Assembly: GCF_000012805.1 (NCBI RefSeq)
Contig: NC_007484.1
Coordinates: 360,001-392,000 of the forward strand
Direction of reading: 5' to 3'
DNA: 32,000 nt
DNA from: Nitrosococcus oceani ATCC 19707
GTDB taxonomy: Bacteria > Pseudomonadota > Gammaproteobacteria > Nitrosococcales > Nitrosococcaceae
Both the position numbers and the translations under genes were made by a program. Shown here piece by piece: positions 19,308-28,779 of this stretch. Position 1 is the stretch's first letter; each line of letters opens with the position of its first letter. Under the pieces are notes generated by a model that saw only the letters and a program-made list of their open reading frames with translations, made no database searches and was not told the origin of the DNA.

Positions 19308-19433
19308 ATAAAGGCGAATAGGAGGCTTACGTGCCGTTTGCCGCCAATAGAGTTTTGGCAGGAAAATGGGAAAGTATTTATTAGAATTTGGTAAGTCTTT
19401 AGTTTTTGGTATTGCAACTCCGTTAAAAATATT

Positions 19434-21878
19434 ATGGCTCAAGCTTCGACCGTCACTAAACGTTCCAAGCGTACTCCGGTTAGTCTTCATATCCGCCATC
19501 GCCTTAAAGAAGTGGCGTTTATCGTATGCTTGGCATTGGCAGCCTATTTATTGCTGTCTTTATCGACTTATACCGCCACCGATCCCGGCTGGTCCCACAC
19601 CGGCAGCGCCGAGGCGGTGCATAACAAAGGAGGAAAGGTTGGGGCTTGGCTCGCTGACCTTCTGCTCTATTTGTTGGGCCATCCGGCTTATTTGCTGCCG
19701 GCTACGATGATTTACGGTGGTTATTTTTTGCTGGCCCGTAGCGGAAGAAGCCAAGATCGGGGTTCGTTTCAGTGCTGGGTATTGAGGATTGCTGGATTTA
19801 TTCTGGCTTTGGGTGCGGCCTGTGGCCTTGCCGCGCTGCATTTTCCCGCACCTCCAGGGAGCCTGCCGGTGGCCGAGGGAGGCATTCTAGGCGAAATAGT
19901 AGGATATGGCCTGCTGGGTATGTTTGGCCCTTTGGGGACAATCTTGTTGTTATTAGCCTTATTGCTTACCGGTGTGACCTTGTTTACGGGCCTTTCCTGG
20001 GTGTGGCTAATGGATACCACCGGCCACTATACCTTAGAGCTATTTTGGCGTATAGGGCATTGGGGGAAGCGGATTAGCGGACAGTTTACCCACCTGCCAA
20101 AGGTGCTGGAAATAAAGAGGGCGCCTGATGAGAAAAAGAAGGGCAAGCCTAAGTTTGAGAAGCAGCGAAGCAAAGTACGTATTGAACCGGTTATTGGCGA
20201 ATTAGCAGTAAATCCAACCGGGGAGGAGGCTTCCATGCAGGAGCCCGCTTCACCCAAGATGTCCGCTTCAATCAAAGAGTCGGTCCCAATCAAGGAACCC
20301 GCACCCATTCGAAGGGAAGTGGAGCCACGGGCGGAGATAAGTCCGCGGCAAGCACGGCAACAGCCGCCGCCTGTGTTTCAACCTTCAGCGGGGGAAGGGC
20401 TTCCGGTCCTCTCCTTGCTGGATAAACCTTCCTCCTTTAAGGGAGGCTATTCTAAAGAGACCCTTGAGAGTTTGTCCCGTCAAGTAGAAGAGAAGCTGAA
20501 AGATTTTGGTGTCGAGGTACAAGTAGTGGCCGTCCATCCGGGGCCGGTCATTACCCGTTTTGAATTGCGACCAGCACCGGGGGTTAAGGTCAGTCGAATC
20601 TCTGGATTAGCGAAGGATTTAGCCCGGGCGTTGTCGGTGCTGAGCGTTCGGGTAGTCGAGGTTATCCCTGGCAAGCCGGTGGTGGGGCTGGAGATTCCTA
20701 ATGAGACCCGGGAAATCGTATATCTTTCGGAAGTTCTGCATAGTGCTGCTTATCTTGAGAGTCGGGCTTCGCTGACCTTGGCTTTAGGTAAGAATATCAG
20801 CGGCCACCCGGTTGTCGCGGATCTTGCTAAGATGCCCCACCTGCTGGTGGCGGGAGCCACGGGATCAGGTAAATCCGTAGCCATTAACGCCATGATTTTG
20901 AGTCTTCTATACAAGACAACTCCCCAGCAGGTACGCCTGATTCTCATCGATCCTAAAATGTTGGAGCTCTCGGTCTATGAAGGTATCCCCCATCTGTTGG
21001 CTCCTGTAATCATTGATATGAGCGAGGCTGGACATGCCTTGCGTTGGTGCGTGGCGGAGATGGAACGGCGCTATCGGTTGATGGCGGCCTTGGGTGTTCG
21101 TAATCTGGCTGGATTCAACCGTAAGGTACGTGAGGCTATCAGAGCAGGTGAGCCGCTGAAGGACCCCTTGTATTCACCTTCCCCAAACGAAGAGCCCTTG
21201 CTGTTAGATCCTCTGCCCTTAATTGTTGTCGTCATAGATGAACTTGCGGACATGATGATGGTGGTGGGAAAGAAGGTGGAGGAACTGATTACCCGCCTAG
21301 CCCAAAAAGCTCGAGCTTCTGGCATTCATTTAATCCTTGCCACCCAACGGCCTTCCGTGGATGTGATTACGGGCCTTATTAAAGCCAACATTCCAGCCCG
21401 CATGGCTTTTCAGGTTTCATCACGGGTGGACTCGAGGACTATCTTGGATCAAATGGGAGCAGAGCAGTTGCTGGGACAGGGAGATATGCTCTATCTGCCG
21501 CCAGGAACGGCGATACCTGGACGGATACATGGTGTGTTCGTGGATGATCACGAAGTCCATAATGTAGTAGAGTTTCTTAAGCAGCAGGGTACTCCCCAAT
21601 ATCTGGAGGAAATTACCCAGGGAATCGATGAGTTTGGGGAAGGCGCTAATGGATTTGCCGGGGGGACAGAGGCGGAGGATGATCCCCTCTATGATCAAGC
21701 GGTGCGGGTGGTTACCGAAACCCAGCGGGCTTCGGTCTCGGGGGTTCAACGGCGACTGCGGATTGGCTACAATCGGGCGGCGCGGCTAGTCGAAGCCATG
21801 GAGCACAGCGGTGTTGTGAGTGCCATGCAATCTAATGGAAGCCGGGAAGTCTTGGCTCCGCCGCCGCCAGAGAATTAA
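19434..21878 (+). CDS. ftsK: DNA translocase FtsK
   Basis: 814 aa. It has N-terminal membrane helices and a Pro/Glu/Lys-rich linker. The motor domain has Walker [19 protein letters not shown] and Walker [14 protein letters not shown]. The C-terminal gamma winged helix reads [24 protein letters not shown]. Confidence 0.95.
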   Translation: MAQASTVTKRSKRTPVSLHIRHRLKEVAFIVCLALAAYLLLSLSTYTATDPGWSHTGSAEAVHNKGGKVGAWLADLLLYLLGHPAYLLPATMIYGGYFLLARSGRSQDRGSFQCWVLRIAGFILALGAACGLAALHFPAPPGSLPVAEGGILGEIVGYGLLGMFGPLGTILLLLALLLTGVTLFTGLSWVWLMDTTGHYTLELFWRIGHWGKRISGQFTHLPKVLEIKRAPDEKKKGKPKFEKQRSKVRIEPVIGELAVNPTGEEASMQEPASPKMSASIKESVPIKEPAPIRREVEPRAEISPRQARQQPPPVFQPSAGEGLPVLSLLDKPSSFKGGYSKETLESLSRQVEEKLKDFGVEVQVVAVHPGPVITRFELRPAPGVKVSRISGLAKDLARALSVLSVRVVEVIPGKPVVGLEIPNETREIVYLSEVLHSAAYLESRASLTLALGKNISGHPVVADLAKMPHLLVAGATGSGKSVAINAMILSLLYKTTPQQVRLILIDPKMLELSVYEGIPHLLAPVIIDMSEAGHALRWCVAEMERRYRLMAALGVRNLAGFNRKVREAIRAGEPLKDPLYSPSPNEEPLLLDPLPLIVVVIDELADMMMVVGKKVEELITRLAQKARASGIHLILATQRPSVDVITGLIKANIPARMAFQVSSRVDSRTILDQMGAEQLLGQGDMLYLPPGTAIPGRIHGVFVDDHEVHNVVEFLKQQGTPQYLEEITQGIDEFGEGANGFAGGTEAEDDPLYDQAVRVVTETQRASVSGVQRRLRIGYNRAARLVEAMEHSGVVSAMQSNGSREVLAPPPPEN

Positions 21879-22545
21879 AGAAGGAGTATTTATTAAAAAC
21901 TTTTATCGAAGTAGGCTAGGGTTTCAAGGAGCCCTGTTAGGGATAATTTTGAGTGGTCTGGCTTTTACCCTGAGCGCCGAGGAACCTGGAGATCACCTAG
22001 AAACCTTCCTGCAAAAGACCCATAGCCTGCGTGCCGAATTCCAGCAGATCCTGCTAGATGAGCGTAACCAGCCCCTGGAGGAGAGCAAGGGCGTTTTTTT
22101 CCTTCAACGCCCCGGTAAATTCCGTTGGGACTACCACGAACCTTTTTCCCAGACAATCGTGGCGGATGGGGAGCATGTCTGGTTTTATGATCCTGATTTG
22201 GCGCAGGTAACGGTTAAGAATCAAGGTTTGGCGCTAGGAGACACGCCTGCCTTGCTGCTATCCGGTAAGCGCTTACCTGCGGAGAATTTCAGCATCAGCA
22301 ATCTCCCCTCCGATAACCACCTAGCTTGGGTAGAACTGCGGCCTCGTGACAAGGAGGCTGCCTTTGAGCGGTTACTACTGGCATTTGATGATGACGGTTT
22401 GCGCCAAATGGAACTACACGACAGTTTTGGCCGCACTACTCGGCTTGTTTTTTCCAAGCTCGAAATCAATCTTTCTCTTGACCCTTCCCTGTTTGTTTTT
22501 ACTCCCCCGCCAGGGGCCGATGTCATTGGAGGAGATTCTCCTTAA
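21820..22545 (+). CDS. lolA: Outer-membrane lipoprotein carrier protein LolA (start codon uncertain)
   Basis: The mature part aligns by recall with LolA ([38 protein letters not shown] and [11 protein letters not shown]). It lies downstream of ftsK as in E. coli. The signal peptide is [28 protein letters not shown]|EE. The ATG codons at 21820 and 21835 both lie inside ftsK. See the finding on an SD-ATT start at 21892. Confidence 0.85.
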   Translation: MPCNLMEAGKSWLRRRQRIKEGVFIKNFYRSRLGFQGALLGIILSGLAFTLSAEEPGDHLETFLQKTHSLRAEFQQILLDERNQPLEESKGVFFLQRPGKFRWDYHEPFSQTIVADGEHVWFYDPDLAQVTVKNQGLALGDTPALLLSGKRLPAENFSISNLPSDNHLAWVELRPRDKEAAFERLLLAFDDDGLRQMELHDSFGRTTRLVFSKLEINLSLDPSLFVFTPPPGADVIGGDSP

Positions 22546-22637
22546 TTATTAGCCCGCTTCCCAGGGAGTGGAGATCAAGATCGCCGAAAAGCTAGCGCGC
22601 TTGAGAGCGCTGGATGAGGCTTATAGGCAGCGACGTC

Positions 22638-23939
22638 CTATGCCGTAGCTGTTTCGATAGCCATGCCCCAGGGCGATTCTTTGATCCAGTTTTCCAGATC
22701 TTGAGGTGCCATCGGGCGTCCAAGGAAATAACCCTGCCCGTAATCGCAGCCTATTTCTCGAAGACCTTCTAAGGTAGCCTGATCTTCGATACCTTCAGCC
22801 GTCACGCGCAAATTAAAATTATGTCCTAGATCCGTAACCGCTTGTACGATAAGGCTATCGCCTTGATTAGCGGCCATTTCATCCACGAAAGATTTATCAA
22901 TTTTAAGTTCGTTGACAGGCATGTTTTTTAGATAGGCTAACGAGGAGTAACCGGTACCGAAATCATCAATGGACAGCTCAATGCCGAGAGCGGCAAGGTG
23001 CCGGAGCGTTTCAAGACTTCGCTTGGGATCCGTCATCACGGCGCTTTCCGTAACCTCAAGGATAAGATCACCCTGGCCGGTCCCCCAAATTCGGGTGGCT
23101 TGCCGTATTAACTCGGCAATTTCCGGGTTTATTAACAAAGTAGGCGGAAAATTAACGGCCACGGAGAGGGGAATCCCCTTTTTAGCCCATTCCGCACGGT
23201 AGCGCAGGGCGGTATTCAGTACCCATAAAGTCACGGGTTCCATGAGAGCGCTTTTTTCTATCAAGGGTATGAATTTACCGGGAGGAATCATCCCCTGGGT
23301 AGGATGCTGCCAGCGGATAAGGGCTTCCGTTCCTGTTATCCGATTGGTGGAAAATGATATTTTGGGTTGAAAAAACAGCCTGAATTCATCATTTTCAAGG
23401 GCATGTTCTAATTCTTCTTCAAGTACGAGATCCGCCGTTGCCGTGGCAAGCATCTGGGAATGATAGATGTGATAAGGGTTTCCCGTTTTCTGTGCTTCTG
23501 CCACGGCTAAATCGGCTGCCCGCAACAATAATTCGGGCTCTTTTTCATGTTCGGGACAAAGGGCAATACCCATAGCGATGTGGGGCAACGGCGTATGGCC
23601 ATTGACGGTAAAGGGGTATTGTTGAGCGAGTTCCCATACCCGGTTGGCAGCTAGCAATGCCTGGCCCCCGGTATGGAGGGAGGGCAAAATGAGGCTAAAT
23701 TCTGCGTCTCCAATCCGGGCGAGCTCATCCTGGGGGCGCATATGTCCGCAAATATGTTCGGCAAATTGGATTAAAAGCGCGTCTCCCGCCTGGTAGCCAA
23801 AAGCGGTGTTGATCTCCCGAAAATGGCATAACTTGATAATGAGCAGGCCCACCAGTTGGGAGTGGGGCGATTGTAGATGCTGGTGGAGCTTTGCCAATAT
23901 TACATCCCGTTGGGGCAAGGGTAACGCTGAGAGAGGCAT
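22638..23939 (-). CDS. c-di-GMP phosphodiesterase: degenerate GGDEF domain plus catalytically intact EAL domain
   Basis: 433 aa. The GGDEF signature is degraded to RIGDAEFSLIL, but an RPQD (RxxD) motif is retained exactly 5 residues upstream. The EAL domain has EALIRW, AVNF, LEVTES, DDFGTGYSSL, KIDKSF, AEGIED and QGYFLGRP. Confidence 0.9.
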   Translation of the reverse strand: MPLSALPLPQRDVILAKLHQHLQSPHSQLVGLLIIKLCHFREINTAFGYQAGDALLIQFAEHICGHMRPQDELARIGDAEFSLILPSLHTGGQALLAANRVWELAQQYPFTVNGHTPLPHIAMGIALCPEHEKEPELLLRAADLAVAEAQKTGNPYHIYHSQMLATATADLVLEEELEHALENDEFRLFFQPKISFSTNRITGTEALIRWQHPTQGMIPPGKFIPLIEKSALMEPVTLWVLNTALRYRAEWAKKGIPLSVAVNFPPTLLINPEIAELIRQATRIWGTGQGDLILEVTESAVMTDPKRSLETLRHLAALGIELSIDDFGTGYSSLAYLKNMPVNELKIDKSFVDEMAANQGDSLIVQAVTDLGHNFNLRVTAEGIEDQATLEGLREIGCDYGQGYFLGRPMAPQDLENWIKESPWGMAIETATA

Positions 23940-23959
23940 AGTTTCAAAAAATAGGGGCG

Positions 23960-25180
23960 TTAGAGATAAAAATCCCTGGGATTAATGCCATAGGCGCCTG
24001 CTTCCAGAACATTCGTGATCATGAGAGGATTGCCTTCCTCATCATCAAGCTCATGGAGTAGGTTGATAACGGAGTAAGAGCTGCAGGTTTTTTTATTAGC
24101 ATCGAGCAGTATCATCACCTGGGGGCGCAGACGGCGGACTCGGTTTTGTGCCAGCACGACCCCGACTTGCCCCGTACTTAGTTCAACGAGGGTTCCCACC
24201 GGGTAGGCTCCCAGGCATTGCACGAACTGCTCCACCAGTTCGTCCTGAAAATCGACATTGCGAAATTCATATAATTTTTGGATTGCCGTATGGGGAGAAA
24301 GCGCCTTGGCGTAAGGCCGGTTGCTGGTCATGGCATCGTAACAGTCGGCGATAGCCGCCATTCGGGCGTACAAAGGTATATCATCGCCCCCTAACCCTTG
24401 AGGATAGCCGCTGCCGTTATAGCGCTCATGGTGATGATAAGCGACCTCGATAATTTCTTCGCTGATTCCTTCGGTTTTTTTTAAGATCTCAACCGTATAG
24501 TGGACATGCTTTTTAATGAGAGCAAACTCTTCTGGGATAAGGCGGGTTTTTTTTTGTAATATGGTCGGCGGTATTTTCATTTTGCCGATGTCGGCAAGGA
24601 GTGTTCCCTGGGCGAGGGTTTCTAACTCTTCCCGCGGCAAACCTAGATGGCGGCCAAAGGCGATGGCCAACGTGCAAGCATCAACGCAATGAGTATAAGT
24701 ATAGGAATCTTGCTTCTTAAGTCGGGATAACCACATGAAGGTATTGGGGTTGCGCAGAATACCCGGCATTGTTTTGTTGACGATCTCCCGCGCCGCAGCA
24801 GTATTCAATTTTCTACCCGCCTGTACCTCTTCCATGATGGAGTTCATCAATGTGCAGACTTGCTGATGATTTTTTTTGGCGGTAGGGAACTCATCCTCAA
24901 AGGAAACGGTATCCTCATAGGTAACCGCCTGGTTAGGACAGAGCGCCGGTTTGGCAGCAATTTTCTGCCCGGAGGCAGGGGAGGCGATTTCTTGTTCAAC
25001 GTCTGCGCCCCGCTCTGCGTCGATGTACACATAATGGCAATGCTTCCGAAGCGCATCCATATCTTCAGAGCCTTGAATAAAGAAGCCTTGAAACAAGAAA
25101 GGCGTTTCCACCCAAGGGCGATCTAATTGGGAAACATACATTCCGGGTTTCAGGTGCTCACAGCTAACTTGTTTTTCCAT
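23960..25180 (-). CDS. HD-GYP domain c-di-GMP phosphodiesterase with an N-terminal DUF3391-like domain
   Basis: HD is present (THCVDACTLAIAF...LLADIGK) together with HHHERYNGSGYPQGL (HD-GYP). ATG 25180 (MEKQVSCEHLKPGMYVSQLDRPWVETPFLFQGF) is the typical family N-terminus. The track start at 25213 adds 11 residues. It lies 20 nt upstream of the EAL gene, so the two are probably an operon. Confidence 0.9.
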   Translation of the reverse strand: MEKQVSCEHLKPGMYVSQLDRPWVETPFLFQGFFIQGSEDMDALRKHCHYVYIDAERGADVEQEIASPASGQKIAAKPALCPNQAVTYEDTVSFEDEFPTAKKNHQQVCTLMNSIMEEVQAGRKLNTAAAREIVNKTMPGILRNPNTFMWLSRLKKQDSYTYTHCVDACTLAIAFGRHLGLPREELETLAQGTLLADIGKMKIPPTILQKKTRLIPEEFALIKKHVHYTVEILKKTEGISEEIIEVAYHHHERYNGSGYPQGLGGDDIPLYARMAAIADCYDAMTSNRPYAKALSPHTAIQKLYEFRNVDFQDELVEQFVQCLGAYPVGTLVELSTGQVGVVLAQNRVRRLRPQVMILLDANKKTCSSYSVINLLHELDDEEGNPLMITNVLEAGAYGINPRDFYL

Positions 25181-25354
25181 CGGGTAAGAAAAATATATAA
25201 AGAAATTAATCAAGCGGTTTTAATTCTGGTTGTTTTGCGTTTGTGTTCACAAAACAACGTTTAGGCGTTCAGTTATATTTATCGTATTTAGAGGGAGAAA
25301 CTTTAAGAGGATATATTTTCGAGCGAAAGATAATTAAAATATCTGAGAGGTTTT

Positions 25355-25663
25355 CTAGTTAATCCGGTATTCGCCACAGTTCCAACACTGATTGAACTGT
25401 CCTTCCAGCCATTCGTCACAGCGAGGGCAAGTCCAAGATGGTTGAATTTGCTCATTCGCACTGGGAAATAAAAGTTGGGCAGCTTCGCCATAGTTTGCCT
25501 CGTCAGTGAGCCAAAGTTCTGGCCAACATTCCGTGGGAGGGAGTTCGCCGGCCGCGCTATTAAGGTTTTCGTTTTTTACGATACAGCCAATCCCGTGAGC
25601 CTCCAGCAAATTTTGAAAATGTTTCACTAGCAAAAGATTCGGCGCGCAATAAATGAGTTTCAA
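25355..25663 (-). CDS. Small DUF2007-like (putative signal-transducing) protein with a C-terminal zinc ribbon
   Basis: 102 aa with a TTG start 11 nt after the glcD-like stop. The N-terminus reads KLIYCAPNLLLVKHFQNLLEAHGI. The C-terminus has CPRC-x10-CWNC, four Cys in a ribbon arrangement. Confidence 0.65.
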   Translation of the reverse strand: MKLIYCAPNLLLVKHFQNLLEAHGIGCIVKNENLNSAAGELPPTECWPELWLTDEANYGEAAQLLFPSANEQIQPSWTCPRCDEWLEGQFNQCWNCGEYRIN

Positions 25664-25674
25664 GGTATTTAAAT

Positions 25675-27108
25675 CTAAGTTGATGTTTTTAAGGGGAGCG
25701 TTTTTTGTGGATTGAGTATCCCCTGGGGATCGAACTGGGCTTTAAGGCGTTCCATTAGATTCAGTGCAGCGGGGTCGAGTTCTTGAGCCACGAAATCGCG
25801 CTTCTCTAATCCTACTCCGTGTTCCCCGGAAAGGGAGCCTTTGAGGCTTAAAACCAGTTTAAAAACCTGCTCTAGGCATTTTTTCGTACGCTCCCTTTCG
25901 GTAGGCTCATCCGGATCGGTCAATAGATTGACGTGGAGATTACCATTACCTGCATGACCAAAATTGACAATCGTGATGGCAAATTCTTTTGCTAGCCTTT
26001 CAAGGCCGCTAATGAGTGCAGGTAAATGGGAGACGGGAACTACCACGTCCTCATTAATTTTTTTGGGGGCCAGAGTGCGCAGGGCAGGCGAAAGAGCCTT
26101 GCGGGCTGCCCATAACTGTTTACTTTCTTGGGGGGTACGCGCCGCAACAATTTCCAGAAGCCCTGCATTATGAGCTGCTTTTTTGAGTTGAGTAACGGCG
26201 TCTTCCATTGCCGTGGCCGGGCCATCCACCTCTATCATGAGTAACGCCCCCGTCCCCGGAGGTAATTCGATCCCACCTTGTGCTTGCACCAGGGTTACCG
26301 CCTGGCGGTCCATCAATTCTAGGGCGCAAGGGGTGAGGGGTTGGCTCATTAGATCGGCTACCGCCTGACCCGCGCTTTCCGTATCCTTATAGGCGGCACG
26401 GAGGGTTCGTTTGGCTTCGGGTAAGGGCGTTAATCTAAGGGTTGCTTCGGTAATAATCGCGAGGGTTCCCTCCGAGCCGATAAGTAGCCGGGTAAGATCG
26501 TAGCCGACAACCCCTTTAGTGGTATAGGTGCCGCAGCGGAACTCTTCTCCGGCGCCGGTGACGGCCCGAAGAGCCAGCACATTTTCCCGGGGAGTGCCAT
26601 ATTTTACCGCGCGCGGGCCGGCAGAATTATAGGCGAGGTTGCCGCCAAGGGTGCAGAAAGCAGCGCTGGTGGGGTCTGGAGGCCAGAAAAATCCCTGCTG
26701 GCCAGCTGCTATTTGAACTTCTTGATTGGTCACGCCTGGTTCTACCACCATTGCCCGGTTAGTGGGATCAAGCATGCGGATGCGGTTCATACGCTCTAGG
26801 GAAAGCACTAGACCGCCACTAATCGGCACTGTTGCGCCAGTAGTTCCGGTCCCTCGTCCACGGGGAACAATGGGGACGCGAGCCTTATTACAGAGACGGA
26901 CAAGGTCGCGAACTTCTTCGTGGGTGAGGGCGAACACGACCCATTCGGGCAAGGCATGCCGACGGCTATTGTCATAGCCATAGGGCCAGCAGTCGGCTGG
27001 ATCGGAACGAACCCGTTGTTCGCCTACGATTTGGATAAGGGCCGCCAGAAATTCCGGCGTGGCTGTCGGAGCGCTATTGTTCAAGGGCGGTTTCGTGTAA
27101 ATACTCAA
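25675..27108 (-). CDS. FAD-linked oxidase (GlcD / D-lactate or D-2-hydroxyacid dehydrogenase family)
   Basis: 477 aa. It has a PCMH-type FAD-binding domain (VVPRGRGTGTTGATVP) and a C-terminal FAD-oxidase_C domain (SGEHGVGLEKRDF). No glcE or glcF partner genes are adjacent. The track start is TTG 27108, which overlaps the dolP 3' end by 35 nt. An in-frame TTG at 27084 is an alternative. Confidence 0.85.
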   Translation of the reverse strand: MSIYTKPPLNNSAPTATPEFLAALIQIVGEQRVRSDPADCWPYGYDNSRRHALPEWVVFALTHEEVRDLVRLCNKARVPIVPRGRGTGTTGATVPISGGLVLSLERMNRIRMLDPTNRAMVVEPGVTNQEVQIAAGQQGFFWPPDPTSAAFCTLGGNLAYNSAGPRAVKYGTPRENVLALRAVTGAGEEFRCGTYTTKGVVGYDLTRLLIGSEGTLAIITEATLRLTPLPEAKRTLRAAYKDTESAGQAVADLMSQPLTPCALELMDRQAVTLVQAQGGIELPPGTGALLMIEVDGPATAMEDAVTQLKKAAHNAGLLEIVAARTPQESKQLWAARKALSPALRTLAPKKINEDVVVPVSHLPALISGLERLAKEFAITIVNFGHAGNGNLHVNLLTDPDEPTERERTKKCLEQVFKLVLSLKGSLSGEHGVGLEKRDFVAQELDPAALNLMERLKAQFDPQGILNPQKTLPLKTST

Positions 27109-27676
27109 AAATTTTGACGACTCGCTGGGTGCCGCCAGTATGACTGGTTACAGCAACGGCCCGCTCGGCTTCCTGGGGAGTTACCAGTCCCATCAGGTAA
27201 ACCGTGCCTCGTTCAGTCACCACTTTAATGCGGGCGGGATTGAGTCCTTTCCTAGCGGTCATTTTGGTTTTAACCTTGGTGGTGATCCAGGAGTCGCTGG
27301 AACGGGAGACTAGGGAACTAGGTGCCAGAATATCTACTTCATTGTAGATTTGCTTGACGTCTGAAATCGGCTTAACTAGCTCCGCGGCTTTTTTTTTGAG
27401 CTCCTTGCTCGGCGCTTCCCCCGTCAGTAAGACGATGCCATTGTAACTAGTGACGTTGATATGAGTATTTTCATGGAGCTCCTGGTCATTGCGGAGGGCG
27501 GCGCTGGCCTTAAGTTCAATACTTTGATCATCGATGACGGTATTGAAAGTGCGGCGATCATAGGCCGTGGAAACACCGGTAGCCGCGCCAGCGGCGACTC
27601 CGGTTGCGACCACAGCAACGCAGCCTTGAAAAATTATTATGAAACAGAATAGCAAAATAGTGAGGCTGAGTTTCAT
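27074..27676 (-). CDS. dolP: Dual-BON-domain outer-membrane lipoprotein DolP (YraP)
   Basis: 200 aa. The lipoprotein signal peptide is MKLSLTILLFCFIIIFQGC. Two BON repeats are present (INVTSYNGIVLLTGEAPS and IKVVTERGTVYLMGLVT). Its position after diaA and yraN matches E. coli. Confidence 0.85.
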   Translation of the reverse strand: MKLSLTILLFCFIIIFQGCVAVVATGVAAGAATGVSTAYDRRTFNTVIDDQSIELKASAALRNDQELHENTHINVTSYNGIVLLTGEAPSKELKKKAAELVKPISDVKQIYNEVDILAPSSLVSRSSDSWITTKVKTKMTARKGLNPARIKVVTERGTVYLMGLVTPQEAERAVAVTSHTGGTQRVVKIFEYLHETALEQ

Positions 27677-27679
27677 GGA

Positions 27680-28760
<1,081 letters not shown>

Positions 28761-28779
28761 TTCGTTTTAGACAAGGGAA

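Noticed and set aside
19277-19320. A LexA/SOS box upstream of ftsK (E. coli ftsK has an SOS promoter)
   Set aside because: CTGT occurs in both copies of the direct repeat. No ACAG partner lies 8 nt downstream (CTGTTAAGTTTCTGAT and CTGTTAAATAAAGGCG), so there is no CTGT-N8-ACAG palindrome.
19366-19710. A 114-aa plus-strand ORF overlapping the ftsK start, and other ORFs nested in ftsK (19560-19841, 19769-20020, 19772-20077, 20027-20308)
   Set aside because: All are out of frame or antisense within a gene whose own frame shows continuous FtsK similarity. Their products are low-complexity (Arg/Pro/Cys-rich) and motif-free.
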